Origin: Bacteroidetes bacterium MED-G17
GTDB lineage: Bacteria > Bacteroidota > Bacteroidia > NS11-12g > UBA9320
NCBI GenBank assembly: GCA_002457675.1
Contig: NTKK01000002.1
Span: forward strand, 18,497-82,496
Direction of reading: 5' to 3'
DNA length: 64,000 nucleotides
How positions within the stretch are numbered: position 1 is the stretch's first letter; each line of letters begins with the position of its first letter. The position numbers and the translations under genes are program-made. A model generated the notes under the pieces. The model ran no database searches, had not been told where the DNA came from, and saw only the letters and a program-made list of their open reading frames with translations. Of the stretch, positions 40,614-49,241 are shown in pieces.

Positions 40614-41237
40614 TTATGCTAGCGCTAATATTGTGCCAGTATTTTGGGTAGTATATAATAAACCCCAAGGCATATGTCCTACAGGGGTAATACTTTGATT
40701 TTTTTGCTCTTTTTCAGTGATCACTCTACATTGCAACGTGTTTTCACTACACAAGAAGCAGCAACCATTAAAAACGCGGACGCCGAATATATCGGCAGTG
40801 CCGCTATTTTGAATGGAAGCCGGGGTATCGCTTAAAACTGAGGTACACACAAGAAAATCAATCATGGTGTTACCTACATTTTCTTTAAATAATTTGCCAA
40901 TAGAAACTACAGAGCAAATTATTTTATTATGGCTATTTGGGGTTGAACCCAAAATACTGTACCTAATTATATTTTTTACATTGTACTTTTTTGCAATGTT
41001 TGCATCGTCCCAAAACTTGACATCACCAAAAACATTGCATTCATCAGTAAAATTGACCTCTGCATTGAGACGATTTGGCAAACACGCAAAAAAACAAGCA
41101 ATGAGGACTATGAAAACTTGAAATGAAGACCCCATATCACCATGAAATAAAAAGAAGGAGAGGCCTATGAATACCCCTACCTTTTGCCTCATTGCTCTGA
41201 CTTTTAAACTTCCCAATATATCTATTCCGTTTTGCAC
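40614..41237 (-). CDS. orphan hypothetical protein, possibly secreted (alternative start ATG 41135)
   Basis: 207 stop-free codons in AT-rich DNA; MGSSFQVFIVLIACFFACLPNRLNA resembles a signal peptide; no family recognised. Confidence 0.5.
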   Translation of the reverse strand: MQNGIDILGSLKVRAMRQKVGVFIGLSFFLFHGDMGSSFQVFIVLIACFFACLPNRLNAEVNFTDECNVFGDVKFWDDANIAKKYNVKNIIRYSILGSTPNSHNKIICSVVSIGKLFKENVGNTMIDFLVCTSVLSDTPASIQNSGTADIFGVRVFNGCCFLCSENTLQCRVITEKEQKNQSITPVGHMPWGLLYTTQNTGTILALA

Positions 41238-41271
41238 TCTTTGTATATTATCTTAATACAATTTGCTGTGG

Positions 41272-41328
41272 CAAAGTTGGGCACAATAGTGCATTGCGGT
41301 ATTGATCCTTTACGGTATTTTACCAGTA
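41272..41328 (-). promoter_or_regulatory. candidate activator-dependent promoter
   Basis: Imperfect -7 CAACTTTG (41272-41279); T(G/A)CGGTATT direct repeat at 41295 and 41311; quasi-palindrome TACGGTA-TTT-TACCAGTA at 41311-41328. Confidence 0.4.
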
Positions 41329-41684
41329 TTTTTATTCCTCTAAACTGATTTGAATCATGATTACATTGCAAAAAAATATTATTTTTTTTCACAGCAGTAA
41401 CTATATGATATACAGGCTTTTATATTTTATTAAAAAAATCGATTTTTTTAAGCTGTGGTAAAAAACAACTATTTTCCTTGAGGTAGTAAAAAAATTTGGA
41501 TTTTTTGAGAAAAAAAACATCGAGTGTAGTCCAAATTCTTCAAACATATCCAATAACTTTTGGTAAGGAAAAATTGCTCTAAACAATTGAATTGATTATT
41601 ATAATTTTGGCTGAATTTCTTTGGAAAAGACGTAGACTAGGTTAAACTACACAAATGATATGGTCTTTCTCAATACGTTATTGG

Positions 41685-41715
41685 AAAAAAAAGCACCTGT
41701 TTAAGGTGCTTTTTT
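41685..41715 (-). terminator. intrinsic terminator after the CAT-anticodon tRNA
   Basis: AAAAAAGCACCT-..-AGGTGCTTTTTTT hairpin flanked by A and T tracts. Confidence 0.85.
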
Positions 41716-41791
41716 GGTGGGCCCACCTGGACTCGAACCAGGGACCAACTGATTATGAGTCAGCTACTCTAACCAACTGAGCTATAGGCCC
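41715..41791 (-). tRNA. tRNA with CAT anticodon, most likely tRNA-Ile2 (lysidine)
   Basis: GGGCCTATAGCTCAGTTGGTTAGAG..CTGA-CT-CAT-AA-TCAG..GGTTCGAGTCC..GGGCCC-ACCA; no initiator features; TACTTTTG promoter at 41810-41817. Confidence 0.93.
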
Positions 41792-41838
41792 TTTTTGTAG
41801 AAAGGATTACAAAAGTAATTTTTTGTTACTTTGTGTCC

Positions 41839-43134
41839 ATGAAAAAGTTTGCGTCTTTCTTGTTTTCGCCACTACCAATTGACAAACTAGCTATTTGGCG
41901 CATACTTTTTGGATTGCTCATGTGTTGCGAAGCATGGGGGTCTATTGCTGTTGGATGGATTGATAGAGTATTTGTTTCACCTCAGTTTCACTTTCATTTT
42001 ATAGGTTTTGAATTTTTGCCAGTGCTGCCAGGTAAATGGCAATACATTCCCTATCTACTAATGGGAGTATTTGCTTTGAGTATGGCATTGGGCTTCAAAT
42101 ATCTATTGAGTACAGGCTTGCTGTTTATCTTCTGGTGGAATACTTATTTGACCCACAAAATTGGCTACAATAACCACCATTATTTATACGGTATTTTACT
42201 TGGTCTTTTTTTGCTGGTGCCCGCTGACAAAAAATATAGTTTTTCCAAACAAAAATTGAGTCATGCTTTTCGTTGGCATTACCTAGTTTTTTTGGTTTTG
42301 CTTTTTTTGGCGTTTTCATATGCTGCTGTGGCCAAAATTTATCCAGATTGGTTAAACGGTCACCCTATAGGTTCATGGCTAGACAACAAAGAAGGTTTTC
42401 CTGCTTTCTTTTCCAACCCAAATTTTCATTTGCTCGTTGCCTGGGGAGGAATCGCGTTTGATGGATTGGTAATACCTTTACTACTTTATAATAAGACAAG
42501 ATGGATAGGTGTTACTGCTTCTTTTGTTTTTCACTTATTCAACTCAATAGTTTTTGAAATAGGCACCTTTCCTTATGTAATGCTAGCTGCTTTGTTACTC
42601 TTTACAGAACAAAACTGGATAGAACGAATGCCCTTCTACAAAAAATCTCCAGCTTATAAACTTCCCCAAGTAAATGGCTTCCAAAAAAGCGTAACAATTT
42701 TCTTTTTTAACATGTTTGTTCTTGTTCAGTTTTTGATCCCTCTTCGCCATTATGCGTTCACAGATAATGTGTTTTGGACTGAAGAAGGCCATAGATTAAG
42801 TTGGCGAATGATGCTTCGATATAAAGTGGGTCATGGGTATTTTTTAATTACAAAATCTGATGGTAAAGTTATTCAACATTGGCCTCAAAAATATTTGAGC
42901 CAAGATCAGTATAATAGGGTATGTACCAAACCCGATATGCTATACACATATGTTCAATACATAAAAAAACTCTACCCAAAAGCAAAAATTTATGGGCATA
43001 TACAAGCCAGTATAAATGGCAGACCGCTCAAAAAATTTGTCGATCCAAGAGTAGATTTGGCTAACATAAAATGGAAGCCTTTTGCTCACGCAAATTGGTT
43101 AATACCCTTTGAAGGATTCACACCTTTGGAATAG
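41839..43134 (+). CDS. HTTM domain / vitamin K-dependent gamma-carboxylase-like membrane protein
   Basis: RILFGLLM, YNNHHYL, AKIYPDWLNG, FHLFN..F.IGTFP, WTEEGHRLSWRMMLR. Confidence 0.9.
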   Translation: MKKFASFLFSPLPIDKLAIWRILFGLLMCCEAWGSIAVGWIDRVFVSPQFHFHFIGFEFLPVLPGKWQYIPYLLMGVFALSMALGFKYLLSTGLLFIFWWNTYLTHKIGYNNHHYLYGILLGLFLLVPADKKYSFSKQKLSHAFRWHYLVFLVLLFLAFSYAAVAKIYPDWLNGHPIGSWLDNKEGFPAFFSNPNFHLLVAWGGIAFDGLVIPLLLYNKTRWIGVTASFVFHLFNSIVFEIGTFPYVMLAALLLFTEQNWIERMPFYKKSPAYKLPQVNGFQKSVTIFFFNMFVLVQFLIPLRHYAFTDNVFWTEEGHRLSWRMMLRYKVGHGYFLITKSDGKVIQHWPQKYLSQDQYNRVCTKPDMLYTYVQYIKKLYPKAKIYGHIQASINGRPLKKFVDPRVDLANIKWKPFAHANWLIPFEGFTPLE

Positions 43135-44035
43135 GTAAAATATCAAAAATTTCTTCAATCTCATCTGAAAAAATACATTCGCTTACTATCTGTTTACTTG
43201 GCCGATGTAAAACCACAACACCTGCTTTGAAATGCCTATGTGCCACAGGGAGTTTTGAAAATGTAGAACTGTTTTTTCTAATTTGACTTCTGGCAATAAA
43301 TATATAATCGCCATAGAATGATAATCCTCGAAGCATTCCACCAATGGCAATATTTTGAAGTTGTTTATTTCGTAAATCAAAGATGGATAACAATCCAAAA
43401 GCACTTTGTAAAAAATAGATTTTTTCATTTTTGTAGCGAGGAGAGTGGGGCATACCCAAACCCCCTAGCAAGATTTTGTTTTCAATGGCATCGAGAAGTA
43501 TACCACCTTCTATAATATTTTGTCTCCATCCTTGTGGCATAATTGAGTCGCTAAGTGCTGTGATTGCAAAAGGCTGGTTTTCTTTGATGGCCATTCCATT
43601 TAGATGACACGTATCAAAAAATTGGTTTTTTTGATTGATGAAAAATGGTCGCCATACTTCTTGGCTTTTATGCTGATCTATCCTTGTAAGACAATTGAAT
43701 TTGGTATTTACTGCCAATACGCTGCCTTGGCACCAAAAAATATCATGAATATCTAAGTTTTCAGTGTTCCAATGTTCAATAACAAAGGGGCTTTGAAGTT
43801 TCCATTTTACTCGAGAGATACCTGTTTTTTCAGCCATTATCAAGTCTAAATTTTCATCTAAAGCGAGGCCCAATGGTCTATTGGCTGAAACAGATTTGGT
43901 TCGTACATTAGTACCGTCATTGGAAAAAATGAAAAGAACTTTACCTCTCTCGTACGTGCTAACAGCTAGTGTTATTTCAAGTTCAGCCAATAGCTGAGCA
44001 AAAAATGGAGGATGATAAATAGACTGTTTTTTCAG
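43118..44035 (-). CDS. TIGR03032/DUF4915 family beta-propeller-like protein (start uncertain: CTG 44035 or TTG 43990)
   Basis: LAVSTY..GK, DIHDI, VNTKFNCL, WRPFFI, CHLNGMA, GLGMPHSPR, RGLSF, EEIFD. Confidence 0.85.
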   Translation of the reverse strand: MKKQSIYHPPFFAQLLAELEITLAVSTYERGKVLFIFSNDGTNVRTKSVSANRPLGLALDENLDLIMAEKTGISRVKWKLQSPFVIEHWNTENLDIHDIFWCQGSVLAVNTKFNCLTRIDQHKSQEVWRPFFINQKNQFFDTCHLNGMAIKENQPFAITALSDSIMPQGWRQNIIEGGILLDAIENKILLGGLGMPHSPRYKNEKIYFLQSAFGLLSIFDLRNKQLQNIAIGGMLRGLSFYGDYIFIARSQIRKNSSTFSKLPVAHRHFKAGVVVLHRPSKQIVSECIFSDEIEEIFDILPIPKV

Positions 44036-44036
44036 C

Positions 44037-45929
44037 TTATTCTAAAATTTCTTCAATGCTTTGGTAGGAAACTGCATGATACCCTGGCTTCGCCTCGATA
44101 AAAACCTCTTTTGCCCATGCTTTTCCTTCTTCTGTTTGAGCAAGTCTTTCATACAAGGGTGTCAAAAATTTTCTGCGTCCTACCCCTATCAAAAATTTTC
44201 TTATCGCTGGATACGCTGTTTTGTATTCCTTTTCAATGGCTATTTTAAACCAATCACACAAAATTTCTGCATTGCTTCCATTTGTAAGTTGAAAGTTGGT
44301 ATCTAGCATCTTCATTTGTTTGTTGCTAAGATTTTCTAATTCAATCCCTCTCAGAAAATACAGCCAATGATGAGTTGTCCAATCTTGTGTTTCTTTTTTG
44401 GTCAAATTTCCTCCTTTATTGAATGTCAAAAGCAAATTGTCTATTTTATCTAGAGCATGACTTTTAACCTTGGGTATATTTCCAGGAATACCAGGACCAT
44501 AGACCCACATATGTGGCTTAATGCTATCTTCTGCCCCTGACAATGTATCAAGTAAATGCTTGTCTAAATAGTCCAAAAAATCTTGGGTTGACATTGGCTT
44601 AAATGCATTCTCAGTGAAGTATTGTTTTAGAAAATTGTCAAACTTTTTTCTACCCACAAAACTTTCAATAGTTTGTAAGAAAAATCTTCCTTTTTCATAT
44701 GCCACATCTGTAAGCCCCTCATCTGGATCTCTATTTTCAAGGTTTAAGTATAGATGTGTATCTTTTCTTTTTCCAGCTTTATTTAATCTTTGAATGGTAT
44801 TTTGCAATTCACCAAAGCCCAATGTAGTGAGCATCCTTTCGTACTCTGTGCCGTAAATTTTTTCCATTATTCTTTGCTCAAAATACACGGTAAAACCTTC
44901 ATTTAGCCAAAAGTCATTCCACGTCTTGTTGGTTACTAAATTTCCACTCCAACTATGCGCCAATTCATGAGCGATTAATGAAACCAATGATTTATCGCCA
45001 GCTAAAATAGTGGGTGTTGCAAAAGTTAATCTTGGGTTTTCCATCCCACCAAAAGGAAAGCTTGGAGGAAGAACCAATACATCATATTGCCCCCATTTGT
45101 ACGGACCGTATAATGCTTCGGCACTATCAATCATGTGTTGCATATCTTCAAACTCATTAACTGATTTTTGGAGCATTGCAGGCTCTGCATATACACCGCT
45201 ATTTCGGCCGGTGCTTTTGAATTCCAAATTGCCAACAGCCAAAGCCAATAGATAGCTACTAATAGCTTGCTCCATTTTAAAGTTATATACCCCAGAATTG
45301 TTTTTTTCCTTTGGATTTTCTGCGCTCATTAAGGCCAATAAATTGGGGGGGCAAGTGATTTTTGCATCATAAGTAAATTTAACACCTGGTGCGTCTTGAC
45401 AAGGCACCCAAGACCGAGCCAAAATGGCTTGAGATTGACTAAATAAAAATGGATCCTCACCTGCTGTTTGTTGTGGGTCTAACCACTGTAACGCAGCTGC
45501 TTCAGGGGAAGTGGTATAAGAAATTAGTATTTTTTTCGCATTTTTAGGAAGTTTAATTGTGAGTGCTTGTCCAAAAGTTTCATGCTTAGCACCTAAAGAA
45601 AAGGCACATGGAGTGCCATCATCTTGATATACATTATGAATAGTCAAATCACGGGTATCAAGCACTAGAGAATCGCAAGTGGCCCTTCTATTTAACGTCC
45701 AAGTGCAGGTTCCTGAAAGTGTTTTGGTATTAAAGTCAACCTTCAAGTCTAATGACGCATGACCTGCAATTACCTCGTCCAGGTTGGCAAAAGAATGTGG
45801 GTCTCCTAAGCCTGCTCTTTTATTTGTATCCATATTGTTTTTGTATTCCTTTGAGTTACATGTACAAAGAAGAAATAAACTAAAAACCCATATTGTACGT
45901 TTTAGTCCTACAATTGTGTTTGGATTCAT
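44037..45929 (-). CDS. M1 family aminopeptidase (leukotriene A4 hydrolase-like)
   Basis: PFGGMENP, AHELAHSW..WLNEG (HEXXH-18-E), YEKG, VGRRKF. Confidence 0.95.
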   Translation of the reverse strand: MNPNTIVGLKRTIWVFSLFLLCTCNSKEYKNNMDTNKRAGLGDPHSFANLDEVIAGHASLDLKVDFNTKTLSGTCTWTLNRRATCDSLVLDTRDLTIHNVYQDDGTPCAFSLGAKHETFGQALTIKLPKNAKKILISYTTSPEAAALQWLDPQQTAGEDPFLFSQSQAILARSWVPCQDAPGVKFTYDAKITCPPNLLALMSAENPKEKNNSGVYNFKMEQAISSYLLALAVGNLEFKSTGRNSGVYAEPAMLQKSVNEFEDMQHMIDSAEALYGPYKWGQYDVLVLPPSFPFGGMENPRLTFATPTILAGDKSLVSLIAHELAHSWSGNLVTNKTWNDFWLNEGFTVYFEQRIMEKIYGTEYERMLTTLGFGELQNTIQRLNKAGKRKDTHLYLNLENRDPDEGLTDVAYEKGRFFLQTIESFVGRKKFDNFLKQYFTENAFKPMSTQDFLDYLDKHLLDTLSGAEDSIKPHMWVYGPGIPGNIPKVKSHALDKIDNLLLTFNKGGNLTKKETQDWTTHHWLYFLRGIELENLSNKQMKMLDTNFQLTNGSNAEILCDWFKIAIEKEYKTAYPAIRKFLIGVGRRKFLTPLYERLAQTEEGKAWAKEVFIEAKPGYHAVSYQSIEEILE

Positions 45930-46024
45930 GTTTTTCAAAAGTAGACAAGAATTTCATTCCATGCATTTTAAATATGATGAATTACTTATATTCTAATTAT
46001 TACTATTTTCGCCAATCCTCAAAA

Positions 46025-46822
46025 ATGATGCGATTTTGTTTTTTACTTACTTGTCTGATTACAATGGCTGCATCTCAGGCACAAACCCAAGAAAGTTATG
46101 ATGATTCAGATGGGTATTACAATAGCTACAGTTATGAAGATAGTAGTTTAGCTAGCACTGACACAACTTTTGTTGATTATACCGAAGAAAGTAATGCTTT
46201 TGAAGGCTTTGACGATTTGGGACTAGGTAGTGTTGCTGAGGGAGAAAGTAGGCCACGAACAAGGGTTCTTGTAAACCACATGGAAGTTGAAAAATACCAC
46301 ATGCCACTAGATTCGATATCGGGCTTAATTACCTATTTGGAAGTGGTTCAAGTTAAAGAGCAAATCAATAGTGAATCTTTTCCCTATCAAGACTCTTTAT
46401 ATTTGCGTGCAAAACGCTGGCTTTCAAGTATGTATTCAAAAAAACAGCTGAAAAATATGATTCAAGAAGAAGGTATTTATCCCGAAGGTGAAGGATTATA
46501 TTTTCTACTTAAAAGTAATTTTCCTTTGGTTAAAAAAATTAATGAGTCTGTAAAAGAAGATGATGGCAGGATAGAGTTTGAAATGCAAGTTCGATTTAAG
46601 GATGAGCGCTATAGATATAAAATAGACAATTTTGTTCATGTAAAAATTGACGGAAATGGTGAGGCTGACAGAATCTATTTAGAATATTATAAAAACACGG
46701 AAGACAATGTTTCGATGAACAATAGTGTATTAATTACTGTGGATGAACAAATCAAAGAAATGGTTGCCAAACTCAAGGACTATTGCGCCGAGCCAATATG
46801 GGTAGATGAAGACGATTGGTAA
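46025..46822 (+). CDS. exported protein, acidic N-terminus plus DUF4468-like domain
   Basis: Signal peptide from ATG 46025; YLEVVQV..LYLRAKRW..FKDERYRYKIDNF. Confidence 0.7.
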   Translation: MMRFCFLLTCLITMAASQAQTQESYDDSDGYYNSYSYEDSSLASTDTTFVDYTEESNAFEGFDDLGLGSVAEGESRPRTRVLVNHMEVEKYHMPLDSISGLITYLEVVQVKEQINSESFPYQDSLYLRAKRWLSSMYSKKQLKNMIQEEGIYPEGEGLYFLLKSNFPLVKKINESVKEDDGRIEFEMQVRFKDERYRYKIDNFVHVKIDGNGEADRIYLEYYKNTEDNVSMNNSVLITVDEQIKEMVAKLKDYCAEPIWVDEDDW

Positions 46823-47203
46823 CTAGAAAAGCTTGTCGTCTCTAACCAACATCAAAATGCTATTGTGGGAAATCATCAAGTACTTTTCACCTGCTATTGA
46901 TAATTCATAAGCCCTATTTTGAATAAAAACAGCCAAGTCACCTTCTTTTGCTTGTAAAGCAACGTATTTGGGCTCTTCGTGTTTTTCCTTCCAAGGTTCC
47001 TCTATATCTGTTTGAGGAATTGGATAGCCAGGTCCAATTTTTATGATATATCCACTTTGTAGAGCTTCCTTTTGATGCACACTAGGCGGCAAATACAAGC
47101 CCGACGGTGTAGTTTCTTGGGGTTTAAGTGCCTTTACAAGAACTTGATCTCCAACCATTTGTACCTTGTCAACATTTTGTATTCTAATTTGATTTATGCT
47201 CAT
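46823..47203 (-). CDS. GroES/Cpn10-like protein (no adjacent groEL)
   Basis: GDQVLVK..TPSGLYLPP..GPG..KEGD. Confidence 0.85.
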   Translation of the reverse strand: MSINQIRIQNVDKVQMVGDQVLVKALKPQETTPSGLYLPPSVHQKEALQSGYIIKIGPGYPIPQTDIEEPWKEKHEEPKYVALQAKEGDLAVFIQNRAYELSIAGEKYLMISHNSILMLVRDDKLF

Positions 47204-47703
47204 TCTACTACTTTGTTTATTATGCTGATAGGCAGGTTGATTTTTATACTTTGCTTGAAGCTCTCAAATAATATTACAAAAATTTTGTGTCCTTTTTTTT
47301 GCAGCAAAATGCCTTTTTGTCCCTTTAATGGGCCTGAGTTTATTTCAACCTTCTGACCCAATTGATAATCTGCTTCTTCAAAGTTTTGCTCCGTATGATA
47401 ACCGCTTTTTTCTATTTGTCTAATTATGTCAATTTCTTTATCACTAACCAAAGCCATCTTTTTTGAAAACTTTAGATAAGATACTATGCCTTGCACTTGC
47501 AATACCTTTTCGAGTTCTTTTTCTAAAGGTCGCACAAATAGATAACCATTGAACAAGGGAATTTCTACCCATTTTTTTCTATCGGACCATTGTTGTAGCT
47601 TCTTTACCAGTGGTAAATAATGCACTATACCTAATTGAGTTAATGTTCGAGAAACTTTTTTCTCCTGTCGTGATGCAATATAAACTACTTTCCAAGTGCC
47701 CAT
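47200..47703 (-). CDS. UpxY family NusG-paralogue transcription antiterminator
   Basis: WKVVY...RQEKKV, YLPL..WSDRKKWVEIPLFNGYLFV, KOW motif GQKVEINSGPLKGQKG. Confidence 0.92.
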   Translation of the reverse strand: MGTWKVVYIASRQEKKVSRTLTQLGIVHYLPLVKKLQQWSDRKKWVEIPLFNGYLFVRPLEKELEKVLQVQGIVSYLKFSKKMALVSDKEIDIIRQIEKSGYHTEQNFEEADYQLGQKVEINSGPLKGQKGILLQKKGHKIFVILFESFKQSIKINLPISIINKVVE

Positions 47704-47707
47704 AATA

Positions 47708-47740
47708 AAAAAAGAAAAACCCCGAAGAATCGGGGCTTTC
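47708..47740 (-). terminator. intrinsic terminator after tRNA-Phe
   Basis: Minus strand GAAAGCCCCGA-TTCT-TCGGGGTTTTTCTTTTTT. Confidence 0.85.
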
Positions 47741-47742
47741 GG

Positions 47743-47815
47743 TGGTACCACCTGGAATCGAACCAGGGACACAAGGATTTTCAGTCCTTTGCTCTACCAA
47801 CTGAGCTATGGCACC
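47743..47815 (-). tRNA. tRNA-Phe(GAA)
   Basis: GGTGCCATAGCTCAGTTGGTAGAGC-AAGGA-CT-GAA-AA-TCCTT..GGTTCGATTCC..GGTACC-A; TATTTTTG promoter at 47832-47839. Confidence 0.97.
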
Positions 47816-47951
47816 ATTTCTAAATGGAGGGCAAAAATAAAACATTCTCTTATTGCTTTTTCAACTTATGCGTTTTTTTTATGGGTATAAAAAACTGTTG
47901 GTACGCAAACAAATTGCTCTTTCATTAATTCTTTAATTACATTTGATTGGC

Positions 47952-49241
47952 ATGTTTATCTGGTCACAAATAATTTTTATTCTGTGCTTTCTCTTGGCCA
48001 TTTTCTTTTTTGTAAGAAATGTGGGTCGCATAAGAAAAAATATTTCTCTAGGCCAAGACATCAACCGAAGTGACAACAAAAAGGCGCGTTGGAAGCAAAT
48101 GGGCAGAGTGGCTTTGGGTCAAGGCAAAATGACTACAAGACCCATAGCGGGTATTTTGCATATCGTTATTTATACTGGCTTTATACTCATCAATATTGAA
48201 GTCTTGGAAATATTGTTGGATGGATTTTTTGGTACGCACCGACTATTTCTGCCGTATTTAGGTCAGTTTTATGGTGTACTAATTGGCTTTTTTGAGGTTT
48301 TGGCTTTGCTTGTTTTTGTGGCTTGTATTCTGTTTTTAACTAGGCGTTTCGTGTCAAAAATTTCTCGTTTTCATTCAGCTGAAATGAAAGGCTGGCCTAC
48401 CAAGGATGCTAGTTATATTCTACTAATTGAAATTGTTTTGATGGTTGCTTTAATTACTATGAACGCAAGTGACCACATCTTACTTCATCATTTCAACCCA
48501 CCAATTAGTAGCCGAATTTCGGTTCTTTTTGCCAACCTTTCTTCTGCTGACTTAGCACTTATTGAGCGCACCGCTTGGTGGTTTCATATTGTTGGAATTT
48601 TTGCTTTTCTAAACTATTTACCATTTTCCAAACATTTCCATATAATCATGGCATTCCCTAACACATGGTATGCTAGCTTGGAGTCTAGTGGAAAAATTGG
48701 TCATATGGAAAGTATAGACAATGAAGTAAAAATGATGTTCGCTCCTGAACAAGCCAACCCAAATATTGCTCCTCCAGAAAGTTTTGGTGCAAAAGATGTA
48801 AACAACCTTGCATGGACCAGCATAATGGGAGCGTATGCCTGCACAGAATGCGGACGGTGTACAGATAGCTGTCCCCAAAATCAAACAGGAAAAAAACTAT
48901 CACCACGAAAAATAATGATGGATGTAAGAGACCGTGCCGAGGAGCTGGGTACTTTTCAAAGACAAAATCCTGAAAAAGAAAACGACGGTAAATCGTTGCA
49001 CGATTACATAAGCCAAGAAGAATTGATGGCCTGCAATACATGCAATGCATGCGTAGAAGCCTGTCCAGTTTTAATAAACCCTTTGGAAATCATAGTCGAA
49101 ATGAGACGATTCAAAATTATGGAAGCTTCCCAGGCACCATCTGAATGGAATGGGATGTTTAGCAATATTGAAAACAATGGTGCTCCTTGGCAATTTAGCC
49201 CAGCCGATAGAGACCAATGGACAAAAGATTTAGAAGAATGA
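47952..49241 (+). CDS. membrane-bound Fe-S oxidoreductase subunit (FadF/HdrC-like)
   Basis: About 5 TM helices, SKHFHI, two ferredoxin motifs CTECGRC..CP and CNTCNAC..CP. Confidence 0.9.
   Translation: MFIWSQIIFILCFLLAIFFFVRNVGRIRKNISLGQDINRSDNKKARWKQMGRVALGQGKMTTRPIAGILHIVIYTGFILINIEVLEILLDGFFGTHRLFLPYLGQFYGVLIGFFEVLALLVFVACILFLTRRFVSKISRFHSAEMKGWPTKDASYILLIEIVLMVALITMNASDHILLHHFNPPISSRISVLFANLSSADLALIERTAWWFHIVGIFAFLNYLPFSKHFHIIMAFPNTWYASLESSGKIGHMESIDNEVKMMFAPEQANPNIAPPESFGAKDVNNLAWTSIMGAYACTECGRCTDSCPQNQTGKKLSPRKIMMDVRDRAEELGTFQRQNPEKENDGKSLHDYISQEELMACNTCNACVEACPVLINPLEIIVEMRRFKIMEASQAPSEWNGMFSNIENNGAPWQFSPADRDQWTKDLEE

Noticed and set aside
41340-41684. Replication origin
   Set aside because: AT-rich, but no convincing cluster of TTATCCACA-type DnaA boxes and no origin-associated genes.
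32998-41715. Genomic island integrated at the tRNA 3' end
   Set aside because: No integrase, transposase or duplicated tRNA 3' end was found.
47579-47890. ORFs 47579-47845(-), 47696-47890(+) and the N-terminal extension of upxY to 47772
   Set aside because: They are translations through tRNA-Phe and its terminator.
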